Source of the DNA: Promethearchaeota archaeon
GTDB taxonomy: Archaea; Asgardarchaeota; Lokiarchaeia; Sigyniarchaeales; SOKP01
Assembly (NCBI GenBank): GCA_048940445.1
Contig: JBHLON010000022.1
Coordinates: 1-60,099, forward strand
Length of the DNA stretch: 60,099 bases
Direction: 5' to 3'
Within the stretch, counting starts at the first letter, position 1. Every line of letters begins with the position of its first letter. A model generated the notes under the pieces. It saw only the letters and a list, made by a program, of their open reading frames with translations, ran no database searches and was not told the DNA's origin. Made by a program: the position numbers and the translations under genes. Below are positions 11,074-20,990 of this stretch, piece after piece.

Positions 11074-11093
11074 GTATTATTAAAAAATAATAC
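11074..11093. promoter_or_regulatory. Inverted repeat GTATTATT-N4-AATAATAC in the divergent cbiQ/cbiM promoter; possible metalloregulator operator
   Basis: Perfect 8-bp arms; AT-rich, so chance is not excluded. Confidence 0.35.
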
Positions 11094-11162
11094 TAAATTA
11101 TAAATAAATAATATTCTTAAATTTATAAAATTAAATATTTCTAATATTCAAGAGGTTATAAC

Positions 11163-11834
11163 ATGCATATTCCTGATGGAGTATTGGATCCCATAACATT
11201 TATAATTCTTTGGGTCATAGTAGTTCTTATTATGATATTAGGCTATTTTAAGATGGGAAAGATTTTTCAAAGAGAAGATTCTGAGAGACTTGTACCTTAT
11301 ATTGGCGTTTTAGCAGCAGTAATTTTTGCATTTCAATTTGTAAACTATCCTATCCCCTGGGGAACATCGGGTCATTTAGTTGGGGGAACTTTAGTCGCCG
11401 TAATTTTAGGACCTTGGGCTTCTTTGATAGTTCTATTTCTTATCCTTGTTATACAGAGCTTATTTGGAGATGGGGGTATTCTAGCTTTAGGAGCAAATGC
11501 TTTCAATATGGGAGTTATAGGAGGGATTGTTGGATTTTATTTAGTGGTATTTTTCACAAGATTATTAAATAAAACGTCTCTCAAAAAAGAAATAAAAGTG
11601 ACTATATCTACTGCAATCGGATCTTATCTATCCATTATTCTTGCCTCTTTTATGTGTGGGATTGAGATTAGTATTGGGGGAATTATGCCAATTGGAATCT
11701 CAATATCAACAATGGTTTTTTGGCACTTGTTTATTGGTATTGGGGAAGGGATTATTTCTGCTTTAATTATTTTCTTTATCTACAAAACGAAACCTGATTT
11801 TATAACAACAGAGGCAATTCTTGGGGTTGATTAA
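11163..11834 (+). CDS. cbiM: ECF Co/Ni transporter S component
   Basis: MHIPDG N-terminus, GTSGHLVG, GDGGI, GIGEG. Confidence 0.92.
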   Translation: MHIPDGVLDPITFIILWVIVVLIMILGYFKMGKIFQREDSERLVPYIGVLAAVIFAFQFVNYPIPWGTSGHLVGGTLVAVILGPWASLIVLFLILVIQSLFGDGGILALGANAFNMGVIGGIVGFYLVVFFTRLLNKTSLKKEIKVTISTAIGSYLSIILASFMCGIEISIGGIMPIGISISTMVFWHLFIGIGEGIISALIIFFIYKTKPDFITTEAILGVD

Positions 11835-11840
11835 ATAATT

Positions 11841-12152
11841 ATGAATCTAAAAGATTATAGACGGCCTATAATTATAGTTTTTGTAATTCTAATTGGTTTA
11901 ATAGTAATTATCGCAGTAGGTTTTCCTTTAGGAATCTTATCTCAAAATCCTGATGGATTAGAGAGAGTATTAATCGATTATAAGGGAAACTCTTGGCTTG
12001 AAAATTTATTTTCACCTTGGATACCCTTTCTTGCTTGGATTGAAAACGATTATTTAGCAGGGATTATTGGGATAATTCTTACGACAGCGATAATAATTTC
12101 GGTTTTTTATTTAATTACATTTCTTAAGAAAAGAAAAATAGAAAGAAACTAA
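11841..12152 (+). CDS. PDGLE-domain (NikN-like) membrane subunit
   Basis: Two TM helices around PDGLE; follows cbiM. Confidence 0.8.
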   Translation: MNLKDYRRPIIIVFVILIGLIVIIAVGFPLGILSQNPDGLERVLIDYKGNSWLENLFSPWIPFLAWIENDYLAGIIGIILTTAIIISVFYLITFLKKRKIERN

Positions 12153-12176
12153 TTTAAATACTAATTCTTTTTTTCA

Positions 12177-12776
12177 ATGAATATATTTTTTTTCATCAGA
12201 TCTACTAGCGTTAACATAACACACTATACCATTAAGGATATTCCTGGTTCTTCTGGAAGGCTAGATGTAATATCAAGATGTGTTTTGGCAGCATTGTTAA
12301 ATGAAAACGAATTTGAAAAGGATGTGCAAATTTGGGTGTTCCTAGAAAAATATGGAACATTCATTTTTAATCCAAAAAAATTTGATTATGATACATTTCC
12401 TAAGAGTGAAATAATGTTTACGGATTATTTTGTTGATATAATAAAAAATAGGGAGGGCCGCTTAGATAATTCTTATAATCCGCTTAAGAAAGTTGAATAC
12501 TTAAACAAAGATATTCTAACTACATTAAAAGATTGTATGACAAAAAATTATTCAATATATATACTGAATGAAAAAGGGAGAGATTTTTTTAAATGTTTAA
12601 AGGCTATAATATTGGATAAAAATATAATTTTCGTTATTGGAAGTCAAACAGGTGAAATCATAAAATCAAAAGAGTTAGTTAAATTAAATCTACCCCATCT
12701 AAGTTTAGGAACTCAATCATATTTAGCTTCTTCTGTAATTCGATTAATAAAAATTAATTTAGGGTTATATGTATGA
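12177..12776 (+). CDS. trmY: tRNA (pseudouridine54-N1) methyltransferase (SPOUT)
   Basis: DIPGSSGRLDVISRC, FVIGS, LSLGTQSYLASSVI. Confidence 0.85.
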   Translation: MNIFFFIRSTSVNITHYTIKDIPGSSGRLDVISRCVLAALLNENEFEKDVQIWVFLEKYGTFIFNPKKFDYDTFPKSEIMFTDYFVDIIKNREGRLDNSYNPLKKVEYLNKDILTTLKDCMTKNYSIYILNEKGRDFFKCLKAIILDKNIIFVIGSQTGEIIKSKELVKLNLPHLSLGTQSYLASSVIRLIKINLGLYV

Positions 12777-12835
12777 AAAATTTTTTATTTTAAAAAGTGC
12801 TTAAATTATACGATCACATATCGAAAGCGGTTTAA

Positions 12836-13519
12836 TTGAGAGAAGAAGAGAAAGCACTTATAAAACGACAAAATCAAAGAAGAATACTGGATAAATTTAT
12901 TGATCGCCCAGTAAAATATTTGATTAAAAAAAAAATTTCACCTAATTTCCTTTCTTTTATAGGTTTTTTGTTTTCACTTAGCACTGCTTTTTTTATTTCA
13001 ATAGGAGCTCTCCATTTTGACATCTGGCTAGCATGGATTGTACCTTTTTTAATGTTTTGGGCTGGTGCATTTGATGTTTTTGATGGAGAAGTTGCAAGAC
13101 GGACGGGGCATAATTCAAGAGCGGGAGCATTCCTAGATTCTAATTTAGATCGGGTATCTGACACTGTAATTATTCTAAGTCTAATAATAGGCAATTATAT
13201 TGATTATTTGTCTGGCTACATCCTTCTATTTTTAATAATAATGATTTCATATATAAGAGCTAGGGCTGAAAATGAAAGTGTAGATATGAAGGGTGTGGGA
13301 TTTATGGAAAGAGCTGAAAGGCTTATAATTTTGTGGGCTGCTTTTATTACTGAATCTTGGATTTTTTATTTATCAAAGCTTATATATGGTTTTTCTTTTA
13401 GTTGGTTTTTTCAAATTTTTGCTATTTTTTTTATAGGGCTACTTACATTAACCATTCTTCAAAGATTTATCTACTCTTTAAAATCATTACGAAAAGTTGA
13501 TAAAAAAGAAATGAAGTAA
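12836..13519 (+). CDS. CDP-alcohol phosphatidyltransferase (archaetidylinositol-phosphate synthase-like)
   Basis: DVFDGEVAR..GAFLDSNLDRVSD, SYIRARAE, GFMERAER. Confidence 0.92.
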   Translation: MREEEKALIKRQNQRRILDKFIDRPVKYLIKKKISPNFLSFIGFLFSLSTAFFISIGALHFDIWLAWIVPFLMFWAGAFDVFDGEVARRTGHNSRAGAFLDSNLDRVSDTVIILSLIIGNYIDYLSGYILLFLIIMISYIRARAENESVDMKGVGFMERAERLIILWAAFITESWIFYLSKLIYGFSFSWFFQIFAIFFIGLLTLTILQRFIYSLKSLRKVDKKEMK

Positions 13520-13653
13520 GGTTTGATATAACTTCTTAATTGATGTATTAAGATCTTTTAAATTTATTGAATAAACCAGATAAAGGATAAATTTTTTAAA
13601 GTTTAGCTTATTCAAATACCTAGAAATAAAATTTCATCAATAGGCTGATTTTA

Positions 13654-13926
13654 ATTCCTAAAAAGAGAAGAAGTGGTGGCAAAAGCGGTTCTAGAAAGGG
13701 TCAATATTCGAAGGTTCAATGTGCTAATTGTGGACGTTTTGTCGCTAGAAGTAAAGCTAAGGCAGTTACAAGAAGAGTTTCATTAGTAGATGGAAGAATG
13801 TACACAGAATTAAAAAAGACAGGAACAATAATACAAGCTCCTACCAAAACTAAATATTATTGTATCAGTTGTGCAATTCATCAACATACGATTAGCCAAC
13901 GAGATAAAAATTTACGAAAACGTTAG
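13654..13926 (+). CDS. rps26e: Ribosomal protein S26e (eS26), 90 aa, ATT start; absent from ORF track
   Basis: Manual translation (M)PKKRRSGGKSGSRKGQYSKVQCANCGRFVARSKAKAVTRR...YYCISCAIHQHTISQRDKNLRKR; both CxxC pairs present. Confidence 0.93.
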   Translation: MPKKRRSGGKSGSRKGQYSKVQCANCGRFVARSKAKAVTRRVSLVDGRMYTELKKTGTIIQAPTKTKYYCISCAIHQHTISQRDKNLRKR

Positions 13927-13929
13927 GTC

Positions 13930-15924
13930 TCATAGATTTAGCGCCTTAAAGAATGAAGGTAATGAATATTCAATCTCATAAGCCTCTTCGTTTATAACTT
14001 CAATAATCGCACGTATTAAATAGATTTCTTTCAACTCAGCTGTGGGATTATAAATTTTAACTTTTACATTAGATTTTAGTTTTAAAGTATAATTTTCAGC
14101 AATTCCAGTCAATTTCTCCATGCCTTTTAATACAATACCTAATAATCCTAGATCATAATGAGACACTATAAATAGATATTTATTTTTCTGTTGGTTTTCT
14201 AATTTTTCAAAGTGAACTACTTCTAAATAATCTTGCTGAAGTTCTTTGGGTAATTTATTGAAGGGAATTACTTTTTTTTTTCCAGAAATATATGGAAAAG
14301 GAGTATAGAATAAAATATTAAAGCTTGAGATTTTTTTAATTTGTTCATTATACTTTTCAACGTCTCTTACGGAATATGCTTGCTCTAATAATAAATCTAA
14401 TTTGTCAATCATCATATCTTCTGCAGAATATCCATTTAATACTGTAGCGATATAAGCTCTCTTAAGTTTCTCTATCAAAATATCACTTCTAATATTCAAT
14501 TTGTAATCAATACTAACCTCTAAAGCTTCATTGTAAAGATTGGCTGCTAATTGTGAATGCCCAAGCGCAAGAAAATAATCACCTAATTCACTAAATACAA
14601 TTATTGCATCTAAATGATTTTTCTCAAAATCTAAATTTGATACTTCTTGCATAATTCCCATAGCTGTCGTTCTTTCTTTCCCTTGAATATAAAGTGTTAT
14701 AGCCTTTCCGATTAAACACTTCAACTTCAATTTATCATCTTTATAAATATCAGCAAGTTCTTCTGTAAAATTGTAAGATAAAAGTGCATTATCATATAAT
14801 CCATGAAATAGAAGGATTAGAGCCTTGACATAATTTAATGTTAGACATGTCTGATGGTTATGAATAATTGTGGAGAAAAACGCTGCTCTTTCAAGGGAAT
14901 TTATCGCTGAATTAATCCTTCCTAATGAAACTAAAATAAAAGCACGTAAAAATTCCATTTTTGAAATCTCAGAACAAATGAGGGCTTCAACAATTTCATA
15001 ATCCTTTAGTTTGGATAGTTTTCCTGCAGCTAATTGTAGAAGTGAAATCAAGAATCCATTTCCTTTCTTCAAAAACTTAGCAGCCTCGTTTGATTCATTT
15101 TTAATAATAGCTTCACGTGTCCTTTTAAGATATTCTCTTGAAATCTTCAAATTTTCAAGAAAGTTTAGAATACTGCGAATCTTATCCACTTCCCTTGAAG
15201 GTAATTTCTGTTCTTCTATATATTTTTCTGCTATAATAACTTCGTCCTCATATTTACTTATGCCTATTTCGAATTTCATCTGTTCATCTTTTTTCTCAAT
15301 ATAACGAACATCTTGAGTCAAAATTGAGTCTTGAGTAACATTTATAGCCTTTTCAATAAGCCACTGAATTTTTTGTTCAGCTGGGTAAACATGTGCCCGT
15401 TCAATCATATAATGCAGCGTATAATTGAGACTTTTTCTCCATAAACCTTTAAAATAATTCCTCAGTTGTTTATTGGGTATTGTTCTATTTATTTTAAGAA
15501 GGAAACTTGAAAGTGATAAAATGTTAACCTTCTTCTTTAATATGGACGCGGCGTTTTTAGCTAATTTAAAATCATCAGTAACTAAATGTATCGCGGTATC
15601 GTCATTTAATAAACGTTCACTCAACGCAATTAAGGATAAATCAGGATCTTGAGCTGGAAACTTTATGTTTGTTTTATCTAATTCATCTTTGATCATCATA
15701 ATTTCTGATTGTAAAATTTTCTCAACATTTATAAATGTTTTAAATCTCTCTTTGAAAGTGTGAGGTGCTTTGATCTCATTGAATACATGATCAGATATAT
15801 AATAAGAAAGCCCTAAATCCTTCCCAGCAGTCTCAAGATTCTTTAAAAAATTCTTGGCTCGAACTGAAATAGCACATATAAAAAAATTTGCGTCAAAAAT
15901 GACCTTTTCTCTTGTTTCAACCAT
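13930..15924 (-). CDS. PIN-domain protein fused to TPR-like repeats
   Basis: IFDANF, DPDLSLI, LVTDDFKL PIN acidic motifs followed by a helical TPR-like region. Confidence 0.7.
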   Translation of the reverse strand: MVETREKVIFDANFFICAISVRAKNFLKNLETAGKDLGLSYYISDHVFNEIKAPHTFKERFKTFINVEKILQSEIMMIKDELDKTNIKFPAQDPDLSLIALSERLLNDDTAIHLVTDDFKLAKNAASILKKKVNILSLSSFLLKINRTIPNKQLRNYFKGLWRKSLNYTLHYMIERAHVYPAEQKIQWLIEKAINVTQDSILTQDVRYIEKKDEQMKFEIGISKYEDEVIIAEKYIEEQKLPSREVDKIRSILNFLENLKISREYLKRTREAIIKNESNEAAKFLKKGNGFLISLLQLAAGKLSKLKDYEIVEALICSEISKMEFLRAFILVSLGRINSAINSLERAAFFSTIIHNHQTCLTLNYVKALILLFHGLYDNALLSYNFTEELADIYKDDKLKLKCLIGKAITLYIQGKERTTAMGIMQEVSNLDFEKNHLDAIIVFSELGDYFLALGHSQLAANLYNEALEVSIDYKLNIRSDILIEKLKRAYIATVLNGYSAEDMMIDKLDLLLEQAYSVRDVEKYNEQIKKISSFNILFYTPFPYISGKKKVIPFNKLPKELQQDYLEVVHFEKLENQQKNKYLFIVSHYDLGLLGIVLKGMEKLTGIAENYTLKLKSNVKVKIYNPTAELKEIYLIRAIIEVINEEAYEIEYSLPSFFKALNL

Positions 15925-16104
15925 AATTCGAAATTTTCATCGCATAATTTTTAGTAAATCCATGAATAAAATTTTTACAATTATAGTATAGATTAATTGT
16001 TTATATTGTTTTATTTTGATTAATTTTAATATACTTACGGAGGATTTTTAATATTAAGAAAATTTGTTATTAACAATTTTGATGCTTATAAGAGGTAATC
16101 TAGT

Positions 16105-16608
16105 TTGATTATTATATCTGTAATTGGTTATTCTGGAAGTGGTAAGACTTTTTTTATATCAAAAGCAATTGAATTGTTAAAGGATCGGCTTAAATTAAAT
16201 AGTTCTGTTATCAAGAATATTCATGAGCATAAGATTGATATAGAGGGAAAAGATTCACAAAAATTTATTGACGCTGGATCTCAATATTCAATCATTAGGA
16301 ATAAATTAAATGAAACTGCTATTTTCTTTAAAAAGAATGTTGATATGGAAAAATTGATTAATTGGATTCAAGAAAGCCCCCTTAAAACAGATATTATATT
16401 TATTGAAGGTTTCAGGAATCTAGTTTTTCCGAAAGTTCTTTGCATAAAAGAATTATCTGAAATTAAATCCCAACTTACTAACAAAGTAAAGATGATTTCA
16501 GGTTTGTTTGCCAAAAATAGAACGCAATTTGAAGGAAAAATAGATTTACCATTTATAGATATTACTACTGATTTTGAAAGGTTTCTTCATATATTTAAAA
16601 TTAAATAA
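16105..16608 (+). CDS. mobB: Molybdopterin-guanine dinucleotide biosynthesis protein B
   Basis: GYSGSGKT, DIEGKDS, IFIEGFR. Confidence 0.85.
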   Translation: MIIISVIGYSGSGKTFFISKAIELLKDRLKLNSSVIKNIHEHKIDIEGKDSQKFIDAGSQYSIIRNKLNETAIFFKKNVDMEKLINWIQESPLKTDIIFIEGFRNLVFPKVLCIKELSEIKSQLTNKVKMISGLFAKNRTQFEGKIDLPFIDITTDFERFLHIFKIK

Positions 16609-16615
16609 TATAATT

Positions 16616-18556
16616 TTAGGTTTTATACCAGAAACTTGTTAATTGACGGCAAATATGTTTGAAATTTTCTTTTACTATTTCACTTTCTTCAGGTATTTGA
16701 TTTAACATATAATCATTTAATTTTTTATAAATCTCATTTTTGTCTTTAGGATTTTTAATTAATACCTTAACTTGAGAAAAAAAGTCATTTAAAGGTGAAA
16801 TAATCTCGTTTATTAACCATTCTTCAAATGATTTTTGATCAGTATACGAAATAAAGTTATAAGTGATCACAAACCTGGCAATATCTATAAAATCATAATA
16901 ATTCTCATTCGAAAATATTTTCGGTGGGACCTTACCTTTATATGAATCTAAATCTTTAAAAAGATAGTCTCTATTCATACTTATTATGTAATCAGGCCAA
17001 ACATCATCTGAAACATTTAAATCTTGAAAAATGAATAATTCTAACACTCTTAACGCGATATTTTTTCCAATATATCTACTTCTTGGGTCGATAAAATTTT
17101 TTGATGCTTGGTTGGGATTACTTCTAATAAAGATTTTGTCAATCAATGTATATAACATTCGACATATATGATCTACTATAATTTCAAACGAAAAGGGCTT
17201 ATTTTCTGGATTTTCTTCAATTATTTTATTTTCTTCCTCAATTAATTTTATTATCTTCAGATTTAAACTCCTTAGGAATGTTCTAAAAAATTCATAGTTC
17301 ATATGGTTAATTTCTTTATCAAAAAGTTTAAAAAAGAATAGATCAAAATTATCAAAATTAGAAATTGATGCAAAGAAATCTAAGAAACCCTGTATATCCT
17401 TAATAGTAGATGCATTAATAATATTTTTGACTTTTTTATTGTGTTCATTTAATTTTGATGCAAATTCTCCCGGTGAAAATAATAAGTCGCCAACTTCAAA
17501 AGCTTCTAAATTCCCACTTCCAAAATAATACTTCATATACAATAGAAATAAATTAAATTGAGACTTTGCTGATGGTAAATTATTTGCTTGAAAAGTAGAA
17601 TATAATGTTGATTTTTTATCAATAAAATCAAAAATTCTTATAAGTGCATTTTTTTTTTCATCTGTATAATTAAAATTGGCCAGAAAATCTCTTTTAACAA
17701 CATCAATTTTAGAATAAACTGAGTCTTCAACTCGTGCACATACGAAATTAAAGAAATCTAATAATGGAGAAAAATTTTGTAGTAAATTACACTTTTTATA
17801 GAAATAATATAATAAATCTACTAATCGTTCTTTAGCTAAAGGGTACTCTTCTAATGCGATTTGATATAATCTTTCTCTTCCTTGTAATAATTTATTATAA
17901 TATTCCTCTGGAATTCCTGGATAGTGCTTGAGGAAATAATAAAGAAACATGAAATAGTAACTTTCAAACATTTCATCATAACTATTTTTAATCACTATAA
18001 GAAAGTTAATAGTGTTATATTCTCCACTACTTTTTATCACAGCTCCGTCTAAAATTACATAAAATTTCTCTTTTAATAATTTTCTCAAAATTGCTCCTAA
18101 TATTGACACTATTAAATAAAAGTATCCAAAAGGAGAAGTTATTCCATCAATATGATTATTAACTTTTTTTTTTAACTCACTAAAATATTTGACTTCTTCA
18201 TTCGATAAATGGTAATTGTATTCTAAAAATATATTATCTTCCGAGATTTTTTCTTTACTTAATAATTCTAAAGAATTAAGATCAAGTCCACAAAAGCTCC
18301 CTAAATAGTGGGCAAAGTAATCATGAAATTTTTGATAAAGAAAAGTACCATAAGTTTTGGAAATTATTCTTCTCTGATTCTTTATTCTAAATTCTTCCCA
18401 TTCCGATATAATCTTTAGTTTAAAATTATTAAGCTTAATCTCATTTTTCTTCAAAATATCAAAAAAAATATTTGAATTGAGTTTAAGCGTAAACCTATCT
18501 CCCTTATAGTTTTCTCCTATCAATTGTAAAATATTTTGCAATTCTGTTTGTTCCAA
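16616..18556 (-). CDS. Hypothetical protein, 646 aa
   Basis: Long intact ORF, no motif recognised. Confidence 0.75.
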   Translation of the reverse strand: MEQTELQNILQLIGENYKGDRFTLKLNSNIFFDILKKNEIKLNNFKLKIISEWEEFRIKNQRRIISKTYGTFLYQKFHDYFAHYLGSFCGLDLNSLELLSKEKISEDNIFLEYNYHLSNEEVKYFSELKKKVNNHIDGITSPFGYFYLIVSILGAILRKLLKEKFYVILDGAVIKSSGEYNTINFLIVIKNSYDEMFESYYFMFLYYFLKHYPGIPEEYYNKLLQGRERLYQIALEEYPLAKERLVDLLYYFYKKCNLLQNFSPLLDFFNFVCARVEDSVYSKIDVVKRDFLANFNYTDEKKNALIRIFDFIDKKSTLYSTFQANNLPSAKSQFNLFLLYMKYYFGSGNLEAFEVGDLLFSPGEFASKLNEHNKKVKNIINASTIKDIQGFLDFFASISNFDNFDLFFFKLFDKEINHMNYEFFRTFLRSLNLKIIKLIEEENKIIEENPENKPFSFEIIVDHICRMLYTLIDKIFIRSNPNQASKNFIDPRSRYIGKNIALRVLELFIFQDLNVSDDVWPDYIISMNRDYLFKDLDSYKGKVPPKIFSNENYYDFIDIARFVITYNFISYTDQKSFEEWLINEIISPLNDFFSQVKVLIKNPKDKNEIYKKLNDYMLNQIPEESEIVKENFKHICRQLTSFWYKT

Positions 18557-18732
18557 AATTAACTCAATTTAAACTTATTTTTTTTGCTACTATCTATTAA
18601 CCCTTAATAATATATCAAAATTATATAAATAAAATGATATTCAAGAAATAAAAATGTTAACTAAATAATCTTAAATTACAAAAATATCATAATTTTCTAA
18701 ATTTTAACTGCAAACTAAATGGAAATTTGGTA

Positions 18733-19773
18733 TCAATTGAAAATTTTTATAATTTCATCAATTTCAGAATATTTAAGGGGCTTTTTAGCATTATTTCTGT
18801 CTAATATTAAAGCTTTTTGATTCTTTGAGGTGAATGTTCCAATCTTATCTGCTTTTATATTTCTTTTACTTAAATATTCGACTAGTTCTATAGCATATTT
18901 ATCTTCAATGGAAATTAATAAAGATCCGGAAGAAATTGTTCCCATTGGATTTAAATTAAAAATTTTACTTAACTCTAAAGGTTCTGGTAGAATAGAAATT
19001 TTCTTCTCATCAACCAAGACTCCTATATTAGATGCAAGAACCATTTCTGCTATTCCTGTTGCCAGTCCACCTTCAGTTGGGTCATGCATTCCATTTATTT
19101 TGAAGTTTTGGTTAGCTAAAAGAGCATCATTATAAATACTTATACCAGGATTAAATAGGTAATTTTTACACTTATCTATAAATTTACTATTATATCCCAG
19201 CTCAAGCAAAATTTTTTCCTTTTCTCTGCCAATAATAGAAGTTCCTTCAATAAAAATACCTTTAGTTAAAATAAGCGCATCATCTGGCAATATACCAGAT
19301 GATGTTACTAATTTTTCTTTTTCTACTTCTCCTAATAATGATCCTATTACAATAGGTCTATCAATACTAACTGTTACTTCAGTATGTCCTCCTATTACTG
19401 ATATATTTAATGAATCACATGTATCATGAATACTTTTAAAAATTGATTCTATTAAATCTTCATTAGTATTTCTTTCTGGTAACAAGATAGTTGATTGAAA
19501 CCATTTAGGAGTGGCACCAGTGCAAACAACATCATTTACATTCACTATCACAGAATAATAACCAATTTCATTCGTGACAAATGTTACGGGGTCAGTTTTA
19601 GCTACAAGTAAATGATCTCCCATATCAATCACTGCTGCATCTTCACCAATTTTAGATCCTTGAATTATTCTTTTGTCCTTAATCTCTAAATCAGATACAA
19701 AATTTCTAAGTATCTTTCTTAAAAGTTCATGTCTTAATTTTCCGATACCAAAAAATCTATTATTCCTTTTCAT
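18733..19773 (-). CDS. AIR synthase/HypE-like (PurM superfamily) protein
   Basis: GEDAAV, TDPVT, VNDV, GGHTEV, MHDPTEGG, SSGSLL. Confidence 0.88.
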   Translation of the reverse strand: MKRNNRFFGIGKLRHELLRKILRNFVSDLEIKDKRIIQGSKIGEDAAVIDMGDHLLVAKTDPVTFVTNEIGYYSVIVNVNDVVCTGATPKWFQSTILLPERNTNEDLIESIFKSIHDTCDSLNISVIGGHTEVTVSIDRPIVIGSLLGEVEKEKLVTSSGILPDDALILTKGIFIEGTSIIGREKEKILLELGYNSKFIDKCKNYLFNPGISIYNDALLANQNFKINGMHDPTEGGLATGIAEMVLASNIGVLVDEKKISILPEPLELSKIFNLNPMGTISSGSLLISIEDKYAIELVEYLSKRNIKADKIGTFTSKNQKALILDRNNAKKPLKYSEIDEIIKIFN

Positions 19774-19957
19774 TTACTGGCGACTCTTATAAGAATAAAA
19801 TTCTCATTTTTAGCTATATTATTTTAAAGATATAATGCTAAATAGTTGATTTGATGTAAAATCTAGTTTTAAATATAAACAATATTTGGTCTTAATTAAA
19901 TTTAAATAGTTTTAAAGTTGTATTTATAATTATAAAGCCTTAGAGAGACTGAGAAAA

Positions 19958-20449
19958 ATGGGTTTTGGCAAAGCTTTTGGATTTAGTTTACTAGCATATA
20001 TAGGTCTTAATTTTCTGTTTGTAATAATAACGAATACTATTACTGGAGATCTAAATAATCTATTTAGTAGTATCGGCGCTAATCCATTAATTCTGTTTAT
20101 TATATTACTTGGCCCCGTAACACAAACACCAACAACAGTTTATTCTTCTATAGCATCAGAAATAGGTTTAGGGAGTCTTGATGCAGGAACTATAGTAGAA
20201 TATATAGGGTATATCGCCGCTCCACTTGTAGCAGCAATAATCGCCGGTAAAGTTGGCGATAATAAAGCAGGAAGTTTCTTAGGATGGTTAATAACAACAA
20301 TAGTAATGGCAATTATCTTAATTATTCTAATGATTGTAGGTCTTCCTATAGTGGGAATGACAACATTTGAAATTTTAATATTAGCAGTAATAAATGGAAT
20401 TTTTTATGGTACGTTTGCTTTGTTGTTCACATCTACCGAATATTATTAA
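19958..20449 (+). CDS. Hypothetical multi-pass membrane protein
   Basis: About 4-5 hydrophobic segments. Confidence 0.75.
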   Translation: MGFGKAFGFSLLAYIGLNFLFVIITNTITGDLNNLFSSIGANPLILFIILLGPVTQTPTTVYSSIASEIGLGSLDAGTIVEYIGYIAAPLVAAIIAGKVGDNKAGSFLGWLITTIVMAIILIILMIVGLPIVGMTTFEILILAVINGIFYGTFALLFTSTEYY

Positions 20450-20728
20450 TTTTTTTAAATCTCACTTTTATTTTAATTTTTAAGTACCGTAGATAAATTC
20501 ATAAACTCTATTTTACTATATTAATCGATTAATACAGTTATAACGCATCGAAATTAATATAAGATTAACAATAGTATATGTAAAATTCGACTAATATAGT
20601 GTGCCATTTTTTGGTTTTGAGGAGTAATCATCATATGAAAGGCGACGAAAAACCAATGATCGCCTTATATTAAAGTTAAGTTAAATTCATTGAATTTCAA
20701 CTGATAAAAGGATAATCTTTGAAAGATT

Positions 20729-20986
20729 ATGATTTCAGGAAGAATTTTAGAAAATTACCAAATGAGGATTATTAATTATTCAGAGTCCACACCTATAGAC
20801 TTAAATTTGATTATAAATCCAAGAAAAGTTGAAATTAACCTAGAGAGCATCATGGATAAAATTTGGAGCATTCATTGGTTATTAAAAATAAATTCACAAT
20901 TTTCTAATGAACTAAAACTAGATTATTGCAAGATTGAAAGAACTTTAATGATAGAATTTTTAAAAATGCTTGTTGATAGATATTGA
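20729..20986 (+). CDS. Small hypothetical protein
   Basis: 85-aa ORF, no motif. Confidence 0.45.
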   Translation: MISGRILENYQMRIINYSESTPIDLNLIINPRKVEINLESIMDKIWSIHWLLKINSQFSNELKLDYCKIERTLMIEFLKMLVDRY

Positions 20987-20990
20987 ATTT

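Noticed and set aside
20639-20710. Fluoride riboswitch or BHB intron
   Set aside because: The GGCGA/UCGCC stem is similar, but the conserved loop and pseudoknot are missing, and the bulge geometry is not 3-4-3
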